DNA of 62,626 nucleotides, the filler included, from Mycoplasmatota bacterium (lineage in GTDB: Bacteria > Bacillota_I > Bacilli_A > RF39 > UBA660), in NCBI GenBank assembly GCA_012727915.1. It is 7 parts of 7 records of this genome, joined end to end, with 100 filler letters (N's around TTAATTAATTAA, not from the genome) between each part and the next. Parts side by side here need not be neighbours in the genome. Positions count along the whole stretch, not along the records: positions 43,983 to 58,640 come from JAAYGD010000038.1; positions 58,741 to 62,626 come from JAAYGD010000041.1; 5 more parts are not named here. One strand, 5' to 3'. The translations under genes and the position numbers were made by a program. Under the pieces are notes generated by a model. The model was not told where the DNA came from. It did no database searches and saw nothing but the letters and a program-made list of their open reading frames with translations. Position 1 is the stretch's first letter; every line of letters starts with the position of its first letter. Shown piece after piece: positions 51,680 through 61,001 of this stretch.

Positions 51680-52537
51680 ATGTTAAAAGAAAAGAAAAAC
51701 AGAAAATTCATCTTCATTTTACCAAGTATTCTATTTATTATTTTCTTAGTATATATTCCTTTTATATATTCTTTGATTATGTCTTTATACTACGGTAGAG
51801 GAAACAATTTAAAGTTTTCTTTTTTTAAAAACTATTCTTTACTTTTTAATGATGATGTTTTTAATAAAGTAATATTAAATTCATTAACATTTACTATTAT
51901 AATAGTTCCAATAATAATATTATTTAGCTTATATGTTTCATATATATTATTAAATATTAAATCGGAAAAGACAAAGAACATTTTCACTACTTTGTTGTAT
52001 ATTCCTTGTATTACTTCTCCAGTTGCTTACTCATTGTTTTTTAAACAATTGGCTTATAATGACGGAATTTTATCAAGTATATTTAATAATTTTAATATTC
52101 TTGGAAATGTTTGGTCAGCAAGGTTATATATTTCTTTAATATGTATTTGGGCATGGTCAGGTTATTATATATTATTTTTATTTACTGCGATTAAAAATGT
52201 TGATGTTAATTTATATAAGGCAGCTAAACTTGATGGTGCATCAAATTTTAAAATATTTAGAAAAATAGTAATTCCTTTAGTAAAACCAGTTTTAATTTTA
52301 ATGACTATATTAGTAATAATTGGAACATTTCAATTATTTGTTGAGTCATCATTAATTACTAAGGGAGGCCCATCAATGGGGACATATTCTATAGTACATT
52401 ACTTATATAATAGAGCTTTTGTTTATGTATCACAATATGGTTATGCTTCTGCTTTAGGAATATTAGTTTTTCTTTTCTGTTTAATAGTAAGTATTCCATT
52501 TGTAAAAAGGATGATAAAAGATGAAAACACTCTTTAG
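51680..52537 (+). CDS. Sugar ABC transporter permease
   Basis: LYKAAKLDGAS EAA loop, GTFQLF.E, YGYASA. Confidence 0.9.
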   Translation: MLKEKKNRKFIFILPSILFIIFLVYIPFIYSLIMSLYYGRGNNLKFSFFKNYSLLFNDDVFNKVILNSLTFTIIIVPIIILFSLYVSYILLNIKSEKTKNIFTTLLYIPCITSPVAYSLFFKQLAYNDGILSSIFNNFNILGNVWSARLYISLICIWAWSGYYILFLFTAIKNVDVNLYKAAKLDGASNFKIFRKIVIPLVKPVLILMTILVIIGTFQLFVESSLITKGGPSMGTYSIVHYLYNRAFVYVSQYGYASALGILVFLFCLIVSIPFVKRMIKDENTL

Positions 52538-53339
52538 CAAAAAATTTAATATATTTATATTAATAATTATTTCTTGTCTTTTTTTAGTACCATATTTTAT
52601 AATGCTGATATCATGTTTTAGTACTAATTCTGCAATTAAAGGCAATGATATATTAAATAATATTTCTTTAAATAATTTTATTTTTAATTTCAATTTATTA
52701 ATTAAAGAAAAGTATTTGATTAATTCCTTATTAAATTCATTTATAGTTTCTATATTTGCGTCTCTTTTGAGCGTATTTATGTCTTCCATGGCTGGATATG
52801 GTTATATGATATGTGAAAAAAACAAAAAAATAAAAAAACTATACTTATTTTCGTTTTTTCCAATGTTGATTCCATCTTTTATACTGATAATCCCAATATT
52901 TTTAATTTTTAATTCTTTAAATTTAATAGATACATATATAGCTCTAATTATTGGATCAATATCTGTATCATTTAATATATATTTATTTAAACAAAATTCA
53001 AAACTTTTACCGATTGAACTATTAAAAATAGCGAGAATTGATGGTTTATCTGAATTTAGTATATATAAAAAAATATACATTCCATGTATGAAACCTGTTT
53101 TTGTTACTGCTTTATTATTATCTTTTTTAGAATCTTGGAATGCATTATTAATTCCTTCGGTCATAGCAAGATCTAAAGAAATGTTTACTAATACTTTATT
53201 TTTGAATAGTTTGGGTACTATTTGGTCTAGTGATTATGGCTTATTAATGATATCTTTAATTTTTTCTACTATTCCAATTATTGTATTATTTATAATATTT
53301 CAAAAGAATTTCAAGAGTGGAATAAATATATCAAATTAA
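52521..53339 (+). CDS. Sugar ABC transporter permease
   Basis: ELLKIARIDGLSEF, FLESWN, IFQKNF..G. Confidence 0.9.
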   Translation: MKTLFSKKFNIFILIIISCLFLVPYFIMLISCFSTNSAIKGNDILNNISLNNFIFNFNLLIKEKYLINSLLNSFIVSIFASLLSVFMSSMAGYGYMICEKNKKIKKLYLFSFFPMLIPSFILIIPIFLIFNSLNLIDTYIALIIGSISVSFNIYLFKQNSKLLPIELLKIARIDGLSEFSIYKKIYIPCMKPVFVTALLLSFLESWNALLIPSVIARSKEMFTNTLFLNSLGTIWSSDYGLLMISLIFSTIPIIVLFIIFQKNFKSGINISN

Positions 53340-53349
53340 AAAAGACATA

Positions 53350-54219
53350 TCAATATATATGTCTTTTTTTATTAGGATTATGCATTTTTGAAATGCTTTT
53401 TTGTTTTGAAATAGTTCTTTTATATGATCCTTTAACTGTTTTTTTAGAGCCTTCAGATGCATAATTAATATAAGAATTATAAATTTTTATCCATTGTTCA
53501 TATCTTAATGAAGTAATATTTTTATTCCAATCTATATTTAAATCTTTTCTAATCTTTTTTTGTTGCTCAAAAGTAAATATATTTGATGTAGCATCTTTGA
53601 AACTAGTATTATTTATATATAAATACGAAATAAAATCCAAATAAGTATATATGTCATTGTTTTTTATATCACTATATGTTTTTTTATGATAATGAACTAA
53701 CACTATTTTTACATTAGGTATAGGATAAAAATCGGTTTTTATAAAATTGAATATTATTTTTCCTTCATAAATTGGTTTATATAAAAGTGACTTGCTTGTT
53801 TCCATACAATAAGGATTTCCTAAAAATCTATATGCTGTTTCTTCTTGCATAATAAGATAAAAATCATCTATGTATTTGTAATTTTCGATTAGTTTATTAA
53901 ATATTTCAGTTGTAAGATTAAAGGGTATATTGGAAAATATTTTAATATTTTGATTATAATTAAAATTGTATTTTAAAAAGTCCATATTATAAATAGATAC
54001 ATTTTCAAATTTTTTTTCGACTAAATTATTATATAATCCTTTGTCATATTCAATAGCAATAACATGTTTTGCTTTTTTTGACAAAGCATCAGTTATAATT
54101 CCTTTACCTGGTCCTATTTCTAATACAACATCTTCCTTTGAAATATTACTTAACCCAACAATTTTGTTGACAGTTCTAGGATTATGTAAAAAGTTTTGAG
54201 ATACCTTAATATTTATCAA
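53350..54219 (-). CDS. rRNA adenine N6-methyltransferase, Erm-like
   Basis: SQNFL, VLEIGPGKGIIT, AIEYD, FSNIPFN, DFYPIPNV; C-terminal helical extension; KsgA normally shows GQNFL and NLPY. Confidence 0.75.
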   Translation of the reverse strand: MINIKVSQNFLHNPRTVNKIVGLSNISKEDVVLEIGPGKGIITDALSKKAKHVIAIEYDKGLYNNLVEKKFENVSIYNMDFLKYNFNYNQNIKIFSNIPFNLTTEIFNKLIENYKYIDDFYLIMQEETAYRFLGNPYCMETSKSLLYKPIYEGKIIFNFIKTDFYPIPNVKIVLVHYHKKTYSDIKNNDIYTYLDFISYLYINNTSFKDATSNIFTFEQQKKIRKDLNIDWNKNITSLRYEQWIKIYNSYINYASEGSKKTVKGSYKRTISKQKSISKMHNPNKKRHIY

Positions 54220-54322
54220 ATTTAATCACCCAAGTTAATTATATCATGATAGTAGAAAAAACATTAATATAATAATTTGACAATAGCATAATAGAAAGTA
54301 TAATATATTTGTTGGGGGATTT

Positions 54323-54988
54323 ATGGATAAAGATAAATTATATAGAGAATTATTGAAAAAACAATTTATAAGTGCTAAAGGAATAAGAAATGAAGATGAA
54401 TCTGATGCATTTAAGATTGACTTAGAAGATTGGTTATCTTCTAGACTTGGATTAGCGGAAGATGTTTTTTCTTTTTTTGATTATTTGGGTTATGAATATG
54501 AAGGAGTAAATAATATTGAAGTTGGAAAAGGATTAAATGATTCTATATTTTATAATAGAATAGAGTCAACATTGATTACTCCATTTGTTAAAGGATTAAA
54601 AAATCAAATTAATCCTATAATTGAAGGGGATATAAAGGTATCTGGAGATAATCCAATTATAGTAAATAAGAAAAAAACTTTGATTGAAATTTCACAAATA
54701 AATAGTGATAAATTTGATAACTTAATAATATATAATCCATATAATATTGAAGATTTAAATAAATGGGATAATATTCATAATTATAATAAAAAAATTAATA
54801 TAATTGTGGGTATATTTGGCTTTATAAAAGATAAAGATAAAGATATTAAAATAAAACAATTAAATGATTTTAAAAGTTTATTAAGTAATAAAACATATAA
54901 ATATGCTTTAGAAACTAACGATTATACTTACTTAGGTGCTATAGGGCCTGATGAATGGGATAAAGAGTTTAAAATACTTAGAAAATAA
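54323..54988 (+). CDS. Hypothetical protein
   Basis: TTGACA-N-TATAAT promoter, RBS GGGGG; 221-aa ORF. Confidence 0.65.
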   Translation: MDKDKLYRELLKKQFISAKGIRNEDESDAFKIDLEDWLSSRLGLAEDVFSFFDYLGYEYEGVNNIEVGKGLNDSIFYNRIESTLITPFVKGLKNQINPIIEGDIKVSGDNPIIVNKKKTLIEISQINSDKFDNLIIYNPYNIEDLNKWDNIHNYNKKINIIVGIFGFIKDKDKDIKIKQLNDFKSLLSNKTYKYALETNDYTYLGAIGPDEWDKEFKILRK

Positions 54989-55065
54989 AGAATAAATATC
55001 TTTTTTTTTATTTATATGATATAATTTATAAAGTTAAAAACTTTTAATTAAAAAAAGGAGAAAAA

Positions 55066-56712
55066 ATGAGCAAAATTAAAATTTTTAGTTTAGGAGGACT
55101 AAACGAAAAAGGCAAAAATATGTATGTTATTGAAGTTGATAAAGATATATTTGTATTTGATGCAGGTTCAAAATATGCAGAAGGGCACTTATTAGGTATT
55201 GATTATGTAATACCTGATTTATCTTATTTAAAGGAAAATGTTGATAGAGTAAAAGGAATATTTATAACACACCCACATGATGAACATATTGGAGCTTTAC
55301 CTAATGTTATTAATGAATTACCTAATGTTAAAATATATGGAACAATGTTTACTATTGATACTATAAAAAGAACATTAGAAGAAATTAATATACCTACTAC
55401 TAATATTGTTGAAATATCACCACATAAAAAAATTGTATTTGGAGAAAACAGTATATTTCCAATTAGTTTAACACATTCAGTACCAGAGAGTGTTGGATAT
55501 GTTTTAAATACTAAAGACGGCGCAATTTTTTATACTGGAAACTTTGTTTTTGATTCTACTATGAGAGGTTATTATAAAACAGATATTGGTAAACTTGCTT
55601 ATGTTGGTAAACAAGGAGTACTTTGTTTATTGTCTGAATCATTATATTCAGGTAGAAAAGGATACACTTCACCTAATCATAGATTATCAAGTTTAATTAA
55701 TGAAATGTTGATTAGAAAAGAAGAAAGAATAATATTTCATGTAATATCTACAAATATATATAGACTTCAAGAGTTATTTAATGAAGTTTTAAAAACACAA
55801 AGAAAAATAGTAATAATGGGTAAAAAATTACAAAAAATAATTAATTATGTATTAGAAAAAGGTTATGTTAAATTTGATAAAAGTAGAATTGGTGATTTAA
55901 CTAATATTAATGATAGAGATGTATTAATATTAACATCATCAGATAATGATAAACCATTTGTTAATATTGAGAAAATATTAAGTGGTTATGATAAATTTAT
56001 TACAGTTAAACCAACAGATACTTTTATATTTTTAGAACCAATTAGTGATGATTTAGAGAAATCCGCAGTTAAAATAACTGATAAAATTGCTAAAATTGGA
56101 CCAGATGTAATTATATTATCCACTGATAAATATTTATCACATCATGCATCTAGTGAAGATTTGATGTTGATGTTAGATTTAATTAATCCTAAATATTATT
56201 TTCCTGTAATAGGAGAGTATAGACACCAAGTTGAAAATGCTGATATAGCTTCTATTATAGGTATTCCAAAGGATAACATTCTATTAAAAGAAAATGGTGA
56301 TGTAATAACTTTTGAAAATGGCAATTTGATTGATAAATTTGAAAAAGTTAAAGTTGGAAATATAATGATAGATGGAATATCTACTGAAGATGTTGGAGAA
56401 TTAGTAATTAAAGATAGAGAAATGTTGTCAGATAATGGAATAGTAATAATATCTTCAACTTTAGATAAAAAAACCAAACAACTTTTAGCGGGTCCTGAAA
56501 TTATTACAAGAGGTTTTATATATGTAAAAGAGAGCTCTGATATGATAAAAGAAATAGGGGAAATATCACTTAAGATTCTAAATGAAAATATTAGTAATAA
56601 TTATGTTGATTATAATAATGTAAAAAATTCAATTAGAGAAGAAGTTGGTAGATATCTATATATGGAAACTGAAACTAGACCTATGATAATAACTGTAATG
56701 CAAGAAATATAA
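55066..56712 (+). CDS. rnj: Ribonuclease J (J2-like, divergent metal motifs)
   Basis: LGGLNEKGKNMY, THPHDEHIG, THSVPE, DREMLSDNG, GPEIITRGF, TETRPMII. Confidence 0.9.
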   Translation: MSKIKIFSLGGLNEKGKNMYVIEVDKDIFVFDAGSKYAEGHLLGIDYVIPDLSYLKENVDRVKGIFITHPHDEHIGALPNVINELPNVKIYGTMFTIDTIKRTLEEINIPTTNIVEISPHKKIVFGENSIFPISLTHSVPESVGYVLNTKDGAIFYTGNFVFDSTMRGYYKTDIGKLAYVGKQGVLCLLSESLYSGRKGYTSPNHRLSSLINEMLIRKEERIIFHVISTNIYRLQELFNEVLKTQRKIVIMGKKLQKIINYVLEKGYVKFDKSRIGDLTNINDRDVLILTSSDNDKPFVNIEKILSGYDKFITVKPTDTFIFLEPISDDLEKSAVKITDKIAKIGPDVIILSTDKYLSHHASSEDLMLMLDLINPKYYFPVIGEYRHQVENADIASIIGIPKDNILLKENGDVITFENGNLIDKFEKVKVGNIMIDGISTEDVGELVIKDREMLSDNGIVIISSTLDKKTKQLLAGPEIITRGFIYVKESSDMIKEIGEISLKILNENISNNYVDYNNVKNSIREEVGRYLYMETETRPMIITVMQEI

Positions 56713-56744
56713 AAAAAATCTACTTAGTAGATTTTTTATTTTAA

Positions 56745-57641
56745 TTATATATCTTCATTAAAATAATGGTCATTATCTAAATCTTGTAATTTTTTTGGAG
56801 TTATTAAAAAATAATCATTTCTTTTGAAATCAGACTTATCTTGTGTAACAGGATCGTCATAAGTAATATCTATTACTAAGGTTTTATTATCTAAATATAC
56901 CATATTCCATGTATGTGTTTCATTAGAAACTCTAATATTATCTATATTCATTTTATATAAAAATAAAGCCATTAAATCAGTATATCCACTACATATTGCA
57001 TATCCATCAAATAATGGAGCATATGCTGTATTGGATTTTCTATGTGTAGTTTTTTCAACATACTCAGTATCATACTTAGTGTTATCTATTATATAATCAT
57101 GTATTTTTTGAAGATTTTGTTTTACTGTTTTTTCTTTATCATATAATTTATCAAATAATTTGTTTTTTTCTTCTTCAATTAGTTTAACTAAATCATCACT
57201 ATATAATCTAAGAACCTTAACTGTTATTTTACCATTATTTTTAAATTCAGTAGATATTGATGTATATGAGTTATATACATGGACAAAACCATTTATGTGA
57301 GACAAAATCATATCATCTTTAGTTAATTCTTTAACATCGTTGATACACTCTTCATACTTTAAATCACAATAAAAAGTAAATTCATCCATTCCTGATGCAA
57401 GAATAGTATAAAAAATATTTAATAATTCTTTAGAATTTTCTGGAGAAAAATCATTTGTTAATTCAACATATTTATTAGGATTATTTATTTGCCATTCATT
57501 ATATTCAATATTAGAACCTTTTCTTGTATAATATTCAACAACTGCAATCATTGATTCATTTTCTTTAGATAATTTATATAATGTTAATATTCCTACAACA
57601 ATAATTATAAGTGCAATCAAAGTTTTTATTAATTTTTTCAT
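56745..57641 (-). CDS. Membrane-anchored transglutaminase-like protein
   Basis: N-terminal TM; IHDYII..TKYD, AICSGY, HTWN, DITYDD Cys-His-Asp triad. Confidence 0.82.
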   Translation of the reverse strand: MKKLIKTLIALIIIVVGILTLYKLSKENESMIAVVEYYTRKGSNIEYNEWQINNPNKYVELTNDFSPENSKELLNIFYTILASGMDEFTFYCDLKYEECINDVKELTKDDMILSHINGFVHVYNSYTSISTEFKNNGKITVKVLRLYSDDLVKLIEEEKNKLFDKLYDKEKTVKQNLQKIHDYIIDNTKYDTEYVEKTTHRKSNTAYAPLFDGYAICSGYTDLMALFLYKMNIDNIRVSNETHTWNMVYLDNKTLVIDITYDDPVTQDKSDFKRNDYFLITPKKLQDLDNDHYFNEDI

Positions 57642-57689
57642 ATTGTCTCCTAAGTATATATTATTATTTATACAAAAAAAAAACAAGGA

Positions 57690-57935
57690 TTATTTTTCCT
57701 TGTTTACTTTTTTTGCCAATCTTGATTTTTTTCTAGCAGCAGTTTGTTTTTTAATAACACCTTTTTTAGCTGCTTTATCTATATCTTTAGTAGCTTTTCT
57801 TAATGCTTCTTTTTTGTCTTCAGCTTTAATTAATTTTTTAACTGAAGATTTTACTCTTGCTTTAACAGGAACATTAGATGCTCTTTTTTTAGCATTAGTT
57901 TTAATTCTCTTTATAGAACTTTTTATGTTAGCCAA
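57690..57935 (-). CDS. rpsT: 30S ribosomal protein S20
   Basis: MANIKSSIKR...DKAAKKGVIKKQTAARKKSRL. Confidence 0.96.
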   Translation of the reverse strand: MANIKSSIKRIKTNAKKRASNVPVKARVKSSVKKLIKAEDKKEALRKATKDIDKAAKKGVIKKQTAARKKSRLAKKVNKEK

Positions 57936-58026
57936 TTTGTTTCACCTCCCACTTTATATTTTTAATTATATCAAACAATTGTAAAATTACAAGAATATTT
58001 ATGATAAAATGTATTTGGTGATTAAA

Positions 58027-58640
58027 TTGGACAGATTAGAGGTTGAAAGATCAATTATAAAAAAACATAGAAAAGGTATATGGACTAAATTTATTAAAGC
58101 AATACAAGATTATAATTTAGTTGAAGAGAATGATGTTATTGCGGTTTGTATGAGTGGAGGAAAAGATTCTTTTTTAATGGCTAAATGTTTTCAAGAATTA
58201 AAAAGACACGGAAAATATAATTTTGATATAAAATTTATATCAATGAATCCAGGATATAATGAGGAAAACTTAGAACTTATCATTAATAATTCTAAATATT
58301 TAAATATACCTTTGGAAATATTTAATTCTGATATTTTTGAATATTTAAACAAATCAAATAATAATCCTTGTTATATGTGCGCAAGAATGAGAAGAGGTCA
58401 TTTATATTCAAAAGCAAAAGAACTTGGTTGTAATAAAATTGCGCTTGGTCATCATTTTGATGATGTAATAGAAACTGTTTTATTAAATATGTTTTATAAT
58501 GGTGTATATGGAGGAATGCCTCCCAAATTAAATAGTGATAATTTTGAAGGTATGGAATTAATAAGACCTATGTATTATATTAAAGAAGAAGATATAAAGT
58601 ACTGGGCAAATTCTAATAATTTAAAGTTTTTAGATTGTGC
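58027..58640 (+). CDS. TtcA-family tRNA thiolase, 3'-truncated
   Basis: SGGKDS, PCYMCARMRRG, IALGHHFDD, LIRP. Confidence 0.88.
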
Positions 58641-58740
58641 NNNNNNNNNNNNNNNNNNNNNNNNNNNNNNNNNNNNNNNNNNNNTTAATTAATTAANNNN
58701 NNNNNNNNNNNNNNNNNNNNNNNNNNNNNNNNNNNNNNNN
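58641..58740. other. Artificial contig linker
   Basis: N-TTAATTAATTAA-N. Confidence 0.98.
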
Positions 58741-59454
58741 AAAATAAAAATTATAAGTATAATTTTTATTTTATGCACATCTTTTATAGTTTATTATAAA
58801 ATAGGAATGAATAATCGCATTGAAAAAGATTATTTTGAAAGTACGGGTGAGATTTTAAAAGACCCCGATTCAGAAATGCTAGAATATGGAAAATTTTCTT
58901 CTGCTATTGAAAAGGAAAAAAATATATTTTCCTGGCTTCCTAATAAAATTAAATCTCCGCTTATGTACATAACTAGTTATTTAACCCACGGATATATGGG
59001 TTTAAGTATGGCTATGGAAGAAAAATTTACCAGTTCATATGGTTTTGGTTTTTCAACCTTTTTTCGTCATAATTTTTTAAAAATAATAGGAAAAACAGAA
59101 ATAGAAGAAAAATTATACGAAAGAACTTATATGAATAAGATTCATTCAAAAGGTTGGTATACAGGAATGGTTTGGTCAAGTTTTTTTATATTTTCAGCTT
59201 CTGACATTGGCTTTGTCGGCACTTTAGTTTTGGTTTTAATTATAGGATATTTTTTTGCTATTAGTTGGAAAGATACTTTAGTTTCTAAGAACGCTTTTGC
59301 ATGTATTTGTTTTTTTAATTTTTGTACAATGATATGTTATTTTTCAGCTAATAATCAATTATTTCAAAGCGGGGAATTCTTTATGAGTACTACGGTATAT
59401 TTATTTTTATGGGCAATGTCTAAAACAACTTTATTTAAGAAGGTGAAAAATTGA
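58741..59454 (+). CDS. Wzy-like polysaccharide polymerase, 5'-truncated
   Basis: Frame open from the contig edge; SYLTHGY...W.S.F....SDIGFVG followed by TM helices. Confidence 0.6.
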   Translation, partial: KIKIISIIFILCTSFIVYYKIGMNNRIEKDYFESTGEILKDPDSEMLEYGKFSSAIEKEKNIFSWLPNKIKSPLMYITSYLTHGYMGLSMAMEEKFTSSYGFGFSTFFRHNFLKIIGKTEIEEKLYERTYMNKIHSKGWYTGMVWSSFFIFSASDIGFVGTLVLVLIIGYFFAISWKDTLVSKNAFACICFFNFCTMICYFSANNQLFQSGEFFMSTTVYLFLWAMSKTTLFKKVKN

Positions 59455-61001
59455 AAAAAGATAAGATTATGTCAACTTCAATCATTTTAATGTTGGTTGT
59501 TAGTATTAGCAAAGCATTTGGTTTTATCAGAGAAATGATTATTGCTTCTTATTATGGGGCCTCACTGGAAATGGATGCTTTTAATGTGGCTCAAAGTATA
59601 CCTTTAGTATTATTTGCGGCAGTTGGTGCTTCCGTAACTAGTGCTCTGCTCCCGATTTATACAGAATTATTTAATAAAAATAAAAACGATAGCCATAAAT
59701 TTGTTTCAAATTTATGGAATATATGTTTATTAATTTCTGTTATAATTGTAATTATATGCATTGTTTATTCGTCCTCTTTAGTTAGGTTATTTGCTCCCAA
59801 TATGTCTTTAGAAGGAATAAAATTAGCTTCTAGGATAACAAAAATAATTTCCTTTGTTATAATTCCTACAATTTTATATAATTTATTTTTAGGAGTGCTA
59901 AATGTTCATAAAAAATTTTATATTTCTCAAATTGCAGCTATCCCATGTAGCTTAATAATAATAATGTTCATTGTTTTGGGTTATAGCAAAATGGGTATAT
60001 GGGCTGCAGTAATTGGCACCATAGTAGGAACTGTTTTTCAAGTTTTAATTCAATTACCATATATAATAAAAAGAATCAAATATAAGCCAATAATATTTTT
60101 AAAAAATAAAGATTTTAAAAGATTTATTGTATTAGCAATTCCAATGATTATTAGCATAAGCTTGCAACAAATTAATGGAATAGTAGATAAAATAATTGGG
60201 TCTTCATTAGAAATTGGAAGTATTTCTGCGTTAAATTACGCTTATAAATTAATTAGCTTTGTTTATGGGGTTTTTGGCTTATCAATTATGACTATTTTAT
60301 ATACTAAATTTAGTGGCTTTGCTGCTTTTTCTAATAAAAAACAAATTGGTATATTGTTAAAAAAAGGCTTAATAATTGTATTTGCAACATTATTGCCAAT
60401 TACTATTATTACAATGACATCTTCTTTAGAAATTGTTAGTATCATATATGGACGAGGTGAATTTAATAAAACCGCTATTAATTTGACTACTCTTGCATTA
60501 TTTTACTATGCTATTGGAATGATCCCAATGATTTTTATAGATATTATTAATAGAGCTTTTTATTCATTAAAAAACTCAAAAACAACCTTAATTATTACAA
60601 GTATCGGAGTTATAATCAATGTAATTTTAAATATAATTTTAACTAAATATTTAGAAATAGGAGGTATTGCCCTGGGAACTTCAATATCAACGTGGCTCGT
60701 ATCTATAATTTTATTGTTGCTTATAAACAAAAGAGTTAATTTTAATTTTAAAGAATTCCTTATAGATATTACAAAATTAATTATTATATCAATTCCAACA
60801 ACTATTTTAGCCATATACTTAAATAATGTTTTACAAATTAAGTATGTATTTAAATTTACAGTAATTTCACTTGTTGTTTTTTCTATATATATGGTGTTAA
60901 TAATGGTAGTAAAAATAACTGATATAGAAACAGAATTAAAAAAACTTAAAAAAAATATGCCAATAGTATATGAAAATGTCTCAAATTTTCATAAACATTA
61001 G
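59451..61001 (+). CDS. MurJ/MviN-family flippase
   Basis: SKAFGFIRE..IASYYGA...DAFNVA, ISALNYA..L, RGEF, RAFYSLKN.KT. Confidence 0.87.
   Translation: MKKDKIMSTSIILMLVVSISKAFGFIREMIIASYYGASLEMDAFNVAQSIPLVLFAAVGASVTSALLPIYTELFNKNKNDSHKFVSNLWNICLLISVIIVIICIVYSSSLVRLFAPNMSLEGIKLASRITKIISFVIIPTILYNLFLGVLNVHKKFYISQIAAIPCSLIIIMFIVLGYSKMGIWAAVIGTIVGTVFQVLIQLPYIIKRIKYKPIIFLKNKDFKRFIVLAIPMIISISLQQINGIVDKIIGSSLEIGSISALNYAYKLISFVYGVFGLSIMTILYTKFSGFAAFSNKKQIGILLKKGLIIVFATLLPITIITMTSSLEIVSIIYGRGEFNKTAINLTTLALFYYAIGMIPMIFIDIINRAFYSLKNSKTTLIITSIGVIINVILNIILTKYLEIGGIALGTSISTWLVSIILLLLINKRVNFNFKEFLIDITKLIIISIPTTILAIYLNNVLQIKYVFKFTVISLVVFSIYMVLIMVVKITDIETELKKLKKNMPIVYENVSNFHKH

Noticed and set aside
53350..54219. 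Calling this gene ksgA/rsmA
   Set aside because: Motifs (SQNFL, SNIPF, C-terminal extension) look closer to Erm and the usual ksgA context is absent; left without a symbol pending phylogeny
57643..57984. 113-aa plus-strand ORF
   Set aside because: Antisense shadow of rpsT
2744..58740. TTAATTAATTAA flanked by Ns, recurring six times
   Set aside because: Artificial six-frame-stop contig linker, not a biological repeat; ORF ends with X runs or 'LIN' are artefacts, and cross-linker synteny is meaningless
1148..60814. Many short antisense ORFs (e.g. 1148-, 6534-, 11276-, 21620-, 37674+, 52802-, 56196-, 60560-)
   Set aside because: They lie opposite well-supported genes, lack RBSs and have the Phe/Ile/Ser-rich composition typical of AT-rich antisense frames
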